Virus record (IMG/VR): IMGVR_UViG_3300027791_000009
Span: 32,001 to 96,000 of that record
Length of the DNA: 64,000 bases
Reading direction: 5' to 3' (one strand)
Source: a virus
Position numbers and translations under genes: made by a program. The notes under the pieces are model-generated. The model had not been told where the DNA came from and made no database searches. It worked only from the letters and a program-made list of their open reading frames with translations. Positions within the stretch are counted from its first letter, which is position 1, and every line of letters starts with the position of its first letter. Below are positions 8,811 to 17,232 of this stretch, piece by piece.

Positions 8811-10009
8811 TGGGATATACGAACAAAATTAGCTCTGTAATCAAAGGCCGTATCAATTCAGGTACAAATGCTGTAAAAGGCTTTGTTGATGGTCTTGCTG
8901 GTGACATTAGCTCACAGATAGATAACTTCAGCAATCAGTTTACTGGTGCTGAAAATACAGAAGCAACCAAAGCAAAAGCACGACAGATACTAAATCAATC
9001 TCCTTTAGAGATAGGTGAAGGTGGTGCAATGCAAGGTAGAGTCCGTTCCAGAATTAGTTTTGGTCAGATATATTATCCAGAAGAAACAGGTATGTTAGAC
9101 GAAGGTCACTATGTCATATTTGACATTATTGAAAACAGAAAAACATCTTATGGTAGTAGTATGAAGAGAAAAGTAGAAGTACCAGCAGATGATGACGCAG
9201 AAGCAACAAGAGTAGCTGCAGCTGGAGGATCAGCACCTGGTGGTGGTTATGCAACTGATTATTATGGTAGTACAACTAGAAAGGCAAGAGAAATGTCTTC
9301 TGGTATTGGCCAAGGTGGTTCACATACACATACAAGAATTAGTGATACGGTGTGTTTATATACACCTGCTGAGGCTGCAAAATTCTCATACAAAGCAAAT
9401 TACGAAAACTTAGCAACTGGTCTTGCCGGTCTTATGGCGTCTAGTATGGAAGCAGGTAAAGATATGTCTTTCAAAGAAGCACTAGTAGACGGTGGTGGTG
9501 CTATGATAGAGAGAGTATTAGGTGAGGCAGTAACCAGTATCGCAAGTGCGTTACCTGGTGTTGGTGATGTTAGAGGTGCAATAGACAAGTCAATGGGTAG
9601 AGCATTAAATCCATTTAACGAACAAGTCTTTAGAAGTGTACCATTTAGAGAGTTTGCTTTTCCATTTACATTTGCACCAAAGAATAAAAAAGAAATGTTA
9701 AATGTAGAAAAAATTATCAAGTTATTTAAATTTCATATGTTACCTGAATTTAGTAATAAAACTAAATCAGCATTTTTGTCTCCATCTGAATTTCAAATAA
9801 CTTATTACTATCGTGGTAAGACAAACGATTATATACCACAGATTTCTCGTTGTGTAATGACAGGTATGGATGTAGACTATGCAACAGAAGGAACATTCCA
9901 TACATTTAGAGAAGACGATAGAGGAGCTGCACCTATTACAACAACAATGACTTGTACATTTGCAGAGACAGAGATTATGACTAAAGAGACAATCGCTAAA
10001 GGGTATTAA
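8810..10009 (+). CDS. gp48: baseplate tail-tube cap gp48
   Basis: NPFNEQVFRSVPFREFAFPFTFAPKN..E, FKFHMLP, F.ETEIMTK. Confidence 0.85.
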   Translation: MGYTNKISSVIKGRINSGTNAVKGFVDGLAGDISSQIDNFSNQFTGAENTEATKAKARQILNQSPLEIGEGGAMQGRVRSRISFGQIYYPEETGMLDEGHYVIFDIIENRKTSYGSSMKRKVEVPADDDAEATRVAAAGGSAPGGGYATDYYGSTTRKAREMSSGIGQGGSHTHTRISDTVCLYTPAEAAKFSYKANYENLATGLAGLMASSMEAGKDMSFKEALVDGGGAMIERVLGEAVTSIASALPGVGDVRGAIDKSMGRALNPFNEQVFRSVPFREFAFPFTFAPKNKKEMLNVEKIIKLFKFHMLPEFSNKTKSAFLSPSEFQITYYYRGKTNDYIPQISRCVMTGMDVDYATEGTFHTFREDDRGAAPITTTMTCTFAETEIMTKETIAKGY

Positions 10010-10012
10010 TAA

Positions 10013-10522
10013 ATGTATTTTTCAAGTTTTCCACTTATACTATACGATATGAAAGGTGACCAGAAGAGTAAACTGGCAACTAACATAATTAAAAGAGTAA
10101 AGGTACGAGAGAAAGTACTAGACGCAGCTATGCTGTATCAGAAATACTTTGTACAACCTGGTGAAAGACCAGAAGATGTAGCATTTAATCACTTTGGTAA
10201 ATCAGAATATCACTGGATTATATTGTTGACAAATAATATAGTAGACGCATACTATGATTGGCCTATGAACTATAATGAGTTTGAAACCTTTATCAAAGAC
10301 AAGTATGCCAATGGTGAAGCAATACATCATTACGAAAAGAAACAAACAAGTGGAGATACAGAAGTCCACATAGAATGTATGAGTACAGACGCAGGTGCTG
10401 TATCCATATCAAATAGAGAGTACGAACAAAGAATACAAAACGATATAAGCGAAATTAAGTTGTTAGACCAAGGTTATCTATCAACATTTTTAGATGAGTT
10501 TGATAAACTGATAGGTGAATAA
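10013..10522 (+). CDS. gp53: baseplate wedge gp53
   Basis: MYFSSFP, GERPEDVA...G...HWIILLTN, HHYE. Confidence 0.85.
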   Translation: MYFSSFPLILYDMKGDQKSKLATNIIKRVKVREKVLDAAMLYQKYFVQPGERPEDVAFNHFGKSEYHWIILLTNNIVDAYYDWPMNYNEFETFIKDKYANGEAIHHYEKKQTSGDTEVHIECMSTDAGAVSISNREYEQRIQNDISEIKLLDQGYLSTFLDEFDKLIGE

Positions 10523-11976
10523 TGTACAGCAAATTAAAAACCGATGACTTGAAAAAGGCCGGTGACTATACACTATCTGAAATAGTAGTGCATAGTAGAA
10601 AGTCTTTTGATGGTTCAAGTAAAGCAAAGAAGACGGACATCACAAGTCTAGTCGCAGAGATTAATATTTACGAAGATATTAACGAGAAGAACTTGTCTGG
10701 TCAGTTAGTGATAACAGATAGTACAGGTCTTCCTAATCATATGCCATTAACTGGCCATGAACTACTAACATTTAAACTAGGTACACCAGGTTCAAGTCGT
10801 TATTTCGACTTTGAAAAGCATCCTATGGTCATCTACAAGATAGGTAGTAAGTCACCACATAATCCTAGGTCACAATTCTATGTACTATACTTCTGTAGTA
10901 AAGAACAAATTACAAATCAAACCGTTAAGGTAGAGAGACCATTTGCTGGTGCCATATCTGATATGATATCATCAATTGCATTGTCTGAATTAGGAACAAG
11001 TAAAAGCATATTCCTTGAAGGAACAAAGAATAGTCGTAAGTTAGTTGTACCAAGATTTAGACCATTTAAGGCAATAGATTTCTTATGTTCACAAGCAGAG
11101 TCTGCTACATTTCTTAACACAGGATTTAAATGGTACGAGACAGCACAAGGATTTCATTGTCGTAGTTATGAAAACATGATGGCAGTTGGATTGGATAGCA
11201 CAAGACCAAACAATGGTTACTTTAAACCTACTATGGCAGGTACAACAAGAAACAGAGGTAACCGTGATGTTACCCACGAAATGCAGACGCTACAATCATA
11301 CGAAGTCATAGAACAATTTAATCTTATGAAACTATTAGGTATGGGTGGTGTTGCAAGTAGAGTATTAAAGACAGACTTGTACAATAAAACATTTAGCAAC
11401 TCCGACTTTGATTACTCAAAAGAATATAGTAAACACCATCATACTGAACATGATGGTAGTGGTATGAGACAAAGCGATAAGAAGATATTACCTACTTATC
11501 CATATAGAGATAACTTACCATTAAGTGCATATGCTGATGGAACATTTTTTAATTCAAGTGAAACCACTATGCAATATGATGGATATGAAAGTGTTGCACC
11601 AGAAAACTCAATGCTAAAACGAATAGCACAAGAAGTAGCATTAGAATCATTTAAAGTCCGACTAGAAGTACCTGGTTACACAGGATTATCAGTAGGAGAA
11701 ATGATAGGACTAGAGATACCAAGATATGAAAGTATAAGTGTTGGTGAAAAAGACCAAGATGAAGCATTAAGTGGCAGATATCTAGTTAGTAGAATAACAC
11801 ATAAGGTACTACCTGGTAGAAGTTACCACTCAATGACGATTGAAGCAATGAAAGATAGTGTAAGAACGCCATACTATGATGAAACAATTAAAGTAGAAGA
11901 AGGCAATACTGATAAAGGCAAAGTGTTTGAACAAGAGAAAGTAGATGAAGGTATCTTTGGAATCTTTAAACTATGA
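10522..11976 (+). CDS. baseplate hub protein (gp27-like)
   Basis: INIYEDI...LSGQLVITD, VPG...LSVG, LSGRYLVSRITH; lies between gp53 and gp5. Confidence 0.6.
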   Translation: MYSKLKTDDLKKAGDYTLSEIVVHSRKSFDGSSKAKKTDITSLVAEINIYEDINEKNLSGQLVITDSTGLPNHMPLTGHELLTFKLGTPGSSRYFDFEKHPMVIYKIGSKSPHNPRSQFYVLYFCSKEQITNQTVKVERPFAGAISDMISSIALSELGTSKSIFLEGTKNSRKLVVPRFRPFKAIDFLCSQAESATFLNTGFKWYETAQGFHCRSYENMMAVGLDSTRPNNGYFKPTMAGTTRNRGNRDVTHEMQTLQSYEVIEQFNLMKLLGMGGVASRVLKTDLYNKTFSNSDFDYSKEYSKHHHTEHDGSGMRQSDKKILPTYPYRDNLPLSAYADGTFFNSSETTMQYDGYESVAPENSMLKRIAQEVALESFKVRLEVPGYTGLSVGEMIGLEIPRYESISVGEKDQDEALSGRYLVSRITHKVLPGRSYHSMTIEAMKDSVRTPYYDETIKVEEGNTDKGKVFEQEKVDEGIFGIFKL

Positions 11977-12100
11977 TAACTAGAGAGATACACAGAGAAT
12001 CGCCCCGGAGAACGCCCCTCCAACCCTCTAAAGGGCATACTATAGGCAATCTCAAAGCACTCTCCACTCTATATGCTGACAATCAGACCAGAACCAATGA

Positions 12101-12116
12101 GAACAGAATGAGAACA
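12101..12116 (+). promoter_or_regulatory. putative alphaproteobacterial LexA box 1
   Basis: GAACAGAATGAGAACA = GAAC-N7-GAAC, intergenic, 20 nt before ORF 12137. Confidence 0.45.
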
Positions 12117-12136
12117 AAACACCAATAAAGAGAGAT

Positions 12137-12388
12137 ATGAAACAATTAAACAACCCTTTACGCAACACATTAGAAACCATACGCAATACCTACGAGGATG
12201 CTTTGTATAAAGTACATCTACACAGGTTTTACAAAGGTACATACGCATTTGACGGTCTCAATCATAAAGTCGGCGTAGTAGAAAGAATGACCATACAAAT
12301 CGCTATCTATACAAAACTAATCAAAGATATGACACTAGCGTGCCAGTTGCGTAGGTTTAGAATAAATAGAAAGAATAATATAATCTAG
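12137..12388 (+). CDS. hypothetical protein
   Basis: 83-aa ORF filling the gap before gp5. Confidence 0.45.
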   Translation: MKQLNNPLRNTLETIRNTYEDALYKVHLHRFYKGTYAFDGLNHKVGVVERMTIQIAIYTKLIKDMTLACQLRRFRINRKNNII

Positions 12389-12422
12389 TGTTATCTAAAA
12401 GGTACAAGTATCGGAAGAAATT

Positions 12423-13481
12423 ATGAGCAAGTATATACATTTTACAGGAATAGTCGAAGACCGCCAAGACCCGCATAAGGTTGGCCGTGTGCGTGTGCGT
12501 TGTTTAGGATATCATTCAGAGAGTATTCAGACATTACCGACGGCAGACTTACCGTGGGCACAATGCGCTTTACCTACGACTGCTGGTGGCATAAGTGGCC
12601 TGGGTCAGTCGCCTACCTTTTTAGTTAATGGTACATGGGTGCATGGATTCTTTAGAGATGGAGAGTTGGCGCAACAACCTATAGTGCTAGGTGTACTCCC
12701 AGGAAGACCTACCGAGTACTCTAGTCGATACTATGCAAAGGCAGGCTATGATGGTTCTGGTATCTATCCTAAGTATATTAATGAGACAGATACAAATAGG
12801 CTAGCGTCCAGTATAACACAAAGTCCGTCTCTTGTCAACTTAATTCGTACTGATACAGCAATAACTAATGTGGCGACTGCTGACTTTGATAGTCAAACAG
12901 CAGCTGATGGTTCAGAGATTAAAGGTAGTGATACAGAGGCCTGGTCTCAGCCTGCTATAAGTTATGCAGCTGTGTATCCATATAATAAGGTAAGTGAAAC
13001 GGAAAGTGGACACATACAAGAGTTTGATGATACACCAGCCGCAGAGAGAATACACTTTCGACATAAGATAGGTACATCACTAGAGTGGACAGCAGAAGGT
13101 AATCAGATTAACATAGTCAAGGGTGACTCGTATAAGATGGCCATTGGTTCGAATAAGACTTACATAGAAGGCGATAGTGATATCAGTATAGACGGTCGCC
13201 ATAAGATATACATTAACAAGAGTGCAACACCAAACAACCACTATGATATACAAGTAGGTGCTAATGCAAACCTTAATATACAATGTGATACTGGCGATGT
13301 CAATGTAATCACTAGAGTAGGTAAGGTAAATGTCAACGCAGGTGGTGATTATAACCTGAAAGTAGGCGGCAACTATACTTTAAGTGTAGATGGAAGTCAT
13401 AGTGAAACAATCGCAGGTACTCGTACAGAAACCGTGACAGGTGACAACACGAAGACCGGCAAGACGATTAACCTAAACTAA
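12423..13481 (+). CDS. gp5: baseplate central spike gp5 (no lysozyme domain)
   Basis: GIVEDRQDP..GRVRVRCLGYH, LPWA, ETESGHIQEFDDTP.AERI, C-terminal beta-helix repeats. Confidence 0.9.
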   Translation: MSKYIHFTGIVEDRQDPHKVGRVRVRCLGYHSESIQTLPTADLPWAQCALPTTAGGISGLGQSPTFLVNGTWVHGFFRDGELAQQPIVLGVLPGRPTEYSSRYYAKAGYDGSGIYPKYINETDTNRLASSITQSPSLVNLIRTDTAITNVATADFDSQTAADGSEIKGSDTEAWSQPAISYAAVYPYNKVSETESGHIQEFDDTPAAERIHFRHKIGTSLEWTAEGNQINIVKGDSYKMAIGSNKTYIEGDSDISIDGRHKIYINKSATPNNHYDIQVGANANLNIQCDTGDVNVITRVGKVNVNAGGDYNLKVGGNYTLSVDGSHSETIAGTRTETVTGDNTKTGKTINLN

Positions 13482-13569
13482 CCTCAAAATCCTGTAGCTA
13501 ATACCCCTTATTATATCCAGGTCTTGGCTCTTAATCTATAAATGCAATAGACTATACTAAATATATTTT

Positions 13570-13746
13570 ATGAACATTAACCTATATAAGAAACGGCCGA
13601 CTTCAGGAGGACGCTCATTACGAAAACTCTTTAAGTCTATAGGGTGGGTCTTCTTTACATTTCAACTAGGAAAGGGTCTTCTGTGGATTCTAGTACTTTA
13701 TCTAGGCTTTGACTTTGTGAATTTTTTTCGGAGTTTTTTTTCATAG
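13570..13746 (+). CDS. small membrane protein (58 aa; not in ORF track)
   Basis: MNINLYKKRPTSGGRSLRKLFKSIGWVFFTFQLGKGLLWILVLYLGFDFVNFFRSFFS*; ACTAAATA at 13556-13563. Confidence 0.45.
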   Translation: MNINLYKKRPTSGGRSLRKLFKSIGWVFFTFQLGKGLLWILVLYLGFDFVNFFRSFFS

Positions 13747-13891
13747 ATAAGTTCGTATTGTCTTTCATTATATCTATTACACCGTGACCTAGAGTATTGT
13801 CTATTCTATTCACTCTTATTGTTAGGTTCATTATATCATTAGCAATGTCATCTAACTTACTCATTATATCATCTGCTGTATTGTACGCCAT
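13655..13891 (-). CDS. hypothetical early protein
   Basis: SD AAGGA and its own sigma70 promoter. Confidence 0.65.
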   Translation of the reverse strand: MAYNTADDIMSKLDDIANDIMNLTIRVNRIDNTLGHGVIDIMKDNTNLSMKKNSEKNSQSQSLDKVLESTEDPFLVEM

Positions 13892-13926
13892 AGTTGCATA
13901 TCCTTTTGTTTGGTTGTTATGTGTCT

Positions 13927-13955
13927 ATTGTACTACATTGTCGGACATTTGTCAA
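13927..13955 (-). promoter_or_regulatory. sigma70-type promoter
   Basis: Minus strand TTGACA-17 bp-TACAAT. Confidence 0.8.
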
Positions 13956-14070
13956 GCGTTTTCTTTTGACGAAGTAGTATACGCTAGCAGTTGACATTCT
14001 TATACATAAGTGTGTTGAAACTCCAGAGTACCAGCTATAGAGAGCGTGGCGACACATAGAGAAATATAGA

Positions 14071-14086
14071 GAACATTTAGAGAACA
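14071..14086 (+). promoter_or_regulatory. putative alphaproteobacterial LexA box 2
   Basis: GAACATTTAGAGAACA = GAAC-N7-GAAC in a non-coding region. Confidence 0.45.
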
Positions 14087-14191
14087 CTCGGAGACTAATC
14101 AACTAATAGGGAGAGGGCGACTCTTTGTATCGAAGTTATAGGGGCGAATACTCTATGATATCTCTTTGTTTAGTTTTATGTAAGTCTCTTG

Positions 14192-14199
14192 TATAAATA
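14192..14199 (+). promoter_or_regulatory. T4-type late promoter
   Basis: TATAAATA directly upstream of the riboswitch. Confidence 0.75.
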
Positions 14200-14204
14200 T
14201 TACT

Positions 14205-14260
14205 ATTCGTTCAACCAGACAATGGTCGGAAGTAAGGCAATCGCCTGAAGGAACGCACCT
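14205..14260 (+). ncRNA. glutamine riboswitch (glnA RNA motif)
   Basis: P1 CGTTC(14208-12)/GAACG(14251-55); P2 ACCA/TGGT; conserved CGGAAGTA; P3 AGGC/GCCT; GAAGGAACGC. Confidence 0.8.
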
Positions 14261-14282
14261 AACTTTAATAGAGGAGGGTGTT

Positions 14283-14477
14283 ATGAACAGACATACTTAT
14301 TTACTCTCCACTTATAGCAAGAAGAAAGAAATAGAGCGTAAGGAAAAAGCGCTTTGTGCTTCTCGTAAAGAAGTGGATATAAATGGTAACGGTACTTCTG
14401 GTTACACTATTTCCAATGGTGTGAACAAAGGCAAAGTACTTGGACATAAAATCGTAAAATCAAACAATAAGATTTGA
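14283..14477 (+). CDS. small basic protein downstream of glutamine riboswitch
   Basis: Strong SD GAGGAGG; 64 aa. Confidence 0.75.
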   Translation: MNRHTYLLSTYSKKKEIERKEKALCASRKEVDINGNGTSGYTISNGVNKGKVLGHKIVKSNNKI

Positions 14478-14494
14478 TAGCAAAATCTAGTTTT

Positions 14495-14515
14495 GGGGAG
14501 GCGTTAAGTCTCCCC
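14495..14515. terminator. GC-rich hairpin (probable terminator)
   Basis: GGGGAGGC-gttaa-GTCTCCCC after the small ORF. Confidence 0.55.
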
Positions 14516-14526
14516 TAAATAGTAGT

Positions 14527-14853
14527 ATGAGTAATTTAATTAATTTAACAGACAACGCAAAAGCACATCTTGCTGAATTGACTTCTTCACATAATAAAGA
14601 TTATGTTCGTTTAGAAGTTAAAGGTGGTGGTTGTGCAGGTTTTAAATACGATTGGAAGTTTGAAGACTCTCCAGATGAAGACGATACCGTCTTTGAGGAG
14701 GATAACTTTAAACTACTTGTTGCAAAATCTAACTTACTCTATTTAAGTGGCATGACCATAGAATATCGAAAAGAGATATTTGGGTCATTTTTAGAATTAA
14801 AAAATCCCAACGCAACATCAAGTTGTGGTTGTGGTGAAAGTTTTGGAGTATAA
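14527..14853 (+). CDS. iscA: A-type Fe-S cluster carrier (IscA/HesB family)
   Basis: VKGGGCAGFKY and NPNATSSCGCGESF. Confidence 0.95.
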   Translation: MSNLINLTDNAKAHLAELTSSHNKDYVRLEVKGGGCAGFKYDWKFEDSPDEDDTVFEEDNFKLLVAKSNLLYLSGMTIEYRKEIFGSFLELKNPNATSSCGCGESFGV

Positions 14854-14854
14854 A

Positions 14855-15100
14855 ATGAATGTAGACAGACTGAAAGCAGAAGACGAGCTTTATTATAATC
14901 GTGTTCCTATGAATAAAGATTATCAGTATCAAATGGAATTATTAAAGAAACAACTACAAATGATATTAGATGATGAACGAGGACCTAACGATTTAGATAA
15001 GAAGATAGCAATATTAGAAAAACAAAATCTTGTTTTACAAATTAAAAACAAGTTTCTTTTAGACACATTAAAAGAACACAGCATATTGACACTAGATTAA
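14855..15100 (+). CDS. hypothetical coiled-coil protein
   Basis: ORF track 14825..15100; ATG14855 immediately follows the iscA stop. Confidence 0.6.
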   Translation: MNVDRLKAEDELYYNRVPMNKDYQYQMELLKKQLQMILDDERGPNDLDKKIAILEKQNLVLQIKNKFLLDTLKEHSILTLD

Positions 15101-15114
15101 TTCTTTGTTATAAT
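15086..15114 (+). promoter_or_regulatory. sigma70-type promoter
   Basis: TTGACA-17 bp-TATAAT. Confidence 0.85.
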
Positions 15115-15143
15115 AAGTGTGTTAAAGAAAAGAGAATTAGATA

Positions 15144-15941
15144 ATGACTAAACATAGAGAAAACACCGTACTACCACAAATGGTTCATCCGTCTATTAAT
15201 GGCGAGGTCTTATATCCATTTGGTCCACCAGTCTATCGTTGTGAACTAGACGAGAAGATTGTTGATATGTTGATTGAAGAAGGTCAGCGTACAAGAGACG
15301 ATAAAAAACTAGACCACAGAGACCAACTTGCTGGCAACATGAAACAAGGCACAAGTATTCTTTATCCGTTTAATAACGGTAACAACAAAATCAGAAATCA
15401 AGCAGACCAAGCAATAGTACAAAAAGTATTTGAATTTTTTGAGATACTACAATCTAACTATGGCGAAGGTTGGCCTAACATATCAAATATGATGATGGGA
15501 CAATCTGGTGGTATGGGTGCATTACGATTACAACAATTGTGGATTAACTTCCAACAAGCAGGTGATTATAATCCATTACATGACCATACAGGTCTTTTTA
15601 GTTTTGTTATCTTTGGTGATATAGATGAAGACATCTTTACAGAAGGTGTGCCTGTGACTAACGCTAATAGTGCTGGTCAAATAGTATTTCATTATGGCGA
15701 AAAGATATCTCAATTACAAATGAATAGTTTTGGTCTTAAACCATATAAAGGTTTGATGTTAGTTTTCCCAGCTGCATTAGAACATATGGTTGGTTCATAT
15801 TGGAAAGACTTTGAAAGAATTAGTATAAGTGGTAACTATGTACTAGAACAAAATGTACAAAAACAAAATGTCAATCCTGTTAAATTAGATTTACAAGATG
15901 ATAATATACCAAACATGATAATGAAAGACCCAACAGAGTGA
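15144..15941 (+). CDS. 2OG-Fe(II) oxygenase-like protein
   Basis: LWINFQQAGDYNPLHDHTG, FPAALEHMV, ERISISGN. Confidence 0.8.
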   Translation: MTKHRENTVLPQMVHPSINGEVLYPFGPPVYRCELDEKIVDMLIEEGQRTRDDKKLDHRDQLAGNMKQGTSILYPFNNGNNKIRNQADQAIVQKVFEFFEILQSNYGEGWPNISNMMMGQSGGMGALRLQQLWINFQQAGDYNPLHDHTGLFSFVIFGDIDEDIFTEGVPVTNANSAGQIVFHYGEKISQLQMNSFGLKPYKGLMLVFPAALEHMVGSYWKDFERISISGNYVLEQNVQKQNVNPVKLDLQDDNIPNMIMKDPTE

Positions 15942-16017
15942 AAGAAACTTTAAAAACAATTGGTCTTGTGTGTCTTGCATTACTAAACAGGTTATTAAAA
16001 TTTATAGGAAAGTTTTT

Positions 16018-16311
16018 ATGATTACGAAAGAAGAACACGAAGAAACAATTAGAAAAATTAAGTTTCATCTAGCAGATAAAGTAGCACCTAGTGTTGCAGC
16101 TCACAATGGTAAGATTGAGTATATTTCGTTTGATGAAGATGGCACATTAAAGTTATTAATGGCAGGTAGTTGTGCTGGGTGTGCAATGTCTCAACTAACT
16201 CTCAAACAGGGAGTTGAAAGTATGATGAAACATTATTGTCCAGAAGTTTTGAATATAATATCAGAAGATGATACTACAGCTGCTGAACAAGGTTACACAC
16301 CATTTGCATAA
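16018..16311 (+). CDS. nfuA: NifU C-terminal / NfuA-type Fe-S carrier
   Basis: VAPSVAAHNGKI, GSCAGCAMSQLTLKQGVE. Confidence 0.85.
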   Translation: MITKEEHEETIRKIKFHLADKVAPSVAAHNGKIEYISFDEDGTLKLLMAGSCAGCAMSQLTLKQGVESMMKHYCPEVLNIISEDDTTAAEQGYTPFA

Positions 16312-16312
16312 G

Positions 16313-16591
16313 TTAAGCGGCAAGTTTCATTAAAGAGTAAGGTACGGTCCATTTACCACGACCTTCTTCCATAACAACTGCTTTCTTCGGATTGCATTTA
16401 ACAATCACACCAAAGTGCTTTGCACCTTTAGGACGACCAAACACAACTTTAGTACCAACACTAAATTGGTCTAAAGAAGTTTGATTTGCTTTCGCAATCG
16501 CAGCTTCCAAGATGAATAGATGTTCTTTGTGAGAAGGTTCTCGTATCCATTCAAGTATTAAATTCATATCGTTAAATTTCAAAGTTTTCAT
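16313..16591 (-). CDS. hypothetical early protein (SH3-like C-terminus)
   Basis: Start MKTLKF after GGAG; VGTKVVF...WTVPYSLM. Confidence 0.65.
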   Translation of the reverse strand: MKTLKFNDMNLILEWIREPSHKEHLFILEAAIAKANQTSLDQFSVGTKVVFGRPKGAKHFGVIVKCNPKKAVVMEEGRGKWTVPYSLMKLAA

Positions 16592-16611
16592 AATATAGTC
16601 TCCCGTTTGGT

Positions 16612-16971
16612 TTATTTTAAGTATAAAGGACCGGTCCATCTGATTGGGTAATTACCCTCTAGGACATTTCCTCTAGGTTGATTTAAAGCAGGTGCATTAT
16701 AACCGGCAGGTTTCAATACATCACCTTTTTTAAAATGTTTAAAATCTGTTTTACAGATAAAAGCAAAGACAGAATTTTCTCGTACAATTTTAATGTACTT
16801 AGGTCCTTCTTTAACTTTAATTTTAGAATCCCACTCATCAAGCTGTTGTTGAGCCCAAGAAGACATACCGTCTCCTTTTGTTGACCAACCGCTGTAGTCT
16901 TCTTTGGCAGCAGCCATCATATTCTTAATACCGTCTTGTAGTGTTTCGGCAGTTTTAGTAATCATAGTCAT
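16612..16971 (-). CDS. hypothetical early phage protein
   Basis: KYIKIV, KGDVLKPAGYNAPA.N.PRGNV, WTGPLYL. Confidence 0.75.
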   Translation of the reverse strand: MTMITKTAETLQDGIKNMMAAAKEDYSGWSTKGDGMSSWAQQQLDEWDSKIKVKEGPKYIKIVRENSVFAFICKTDFKHFKKGDVLKPAGYNAPALNQPRGNVLEGNYPIRWTGPLYLK

Positions 16972-16972
16972 A

Positions 16973-17149
16973 TTATTGTCCTTCTTTTTGTGTTAATAGA
17001 GTTATTATACCACATATTATCATTGATGTCAAGCAAAATCCGAATAAAATCCAGTTTTCTTGTCCTAAACAAGAACCTCCGCAATCTTCAATTGAACCAA
17101 CTGCCATAATGGCAGAAAGTATAGTTATCATAGCAAAAAATGTACTCAT
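16973..17149 (-). CDS. small two-TM membrane protein
   Basis: Start MSTFF after GAGG; first gene of the minus-strand operon. Confidence 0.65.
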   Translation of the reverse strand: MSTFFAMITILSAIMAVGSIEDCGGSCLGQENWILFGFCLTSMIICGIITLLTQKEGQ

Positions 17150-17187
17150 AGTGTTTTGTCCTCTCTTTTTTGTTAACTTATACATAC

Positions 17188-17216
17188 ATAATACAACACT
17201 TATCAATCAATGTCAA
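17188..17216 (-). promoter_or_regulatory. sigma70-type promoter
   Basis: Minus strand TTGACA-17 bp-TATTAT. Confidence 0.75.
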
Positions 17217-17232
17217 GCAAAAAACGAGCAAA

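Noticed and set aside
12423-13481. gp5 lacking a lysozyme domain as a novelty
   Set aside because: Lysozyme-less gp5 is common among marine T4-like phages.
13991-14020. Plus-strand TTGACA as a sigma70 promoter
   Set aside because: No plausible -10 hexamer at 16-18 bp spacing.
11977-14190. CRISPR-like mini-array in the repeat-rich non-coding stretches
   Set aside because: Repeats are 6-10 bp with no constant repeat-spacer period, and there are no cas genes.
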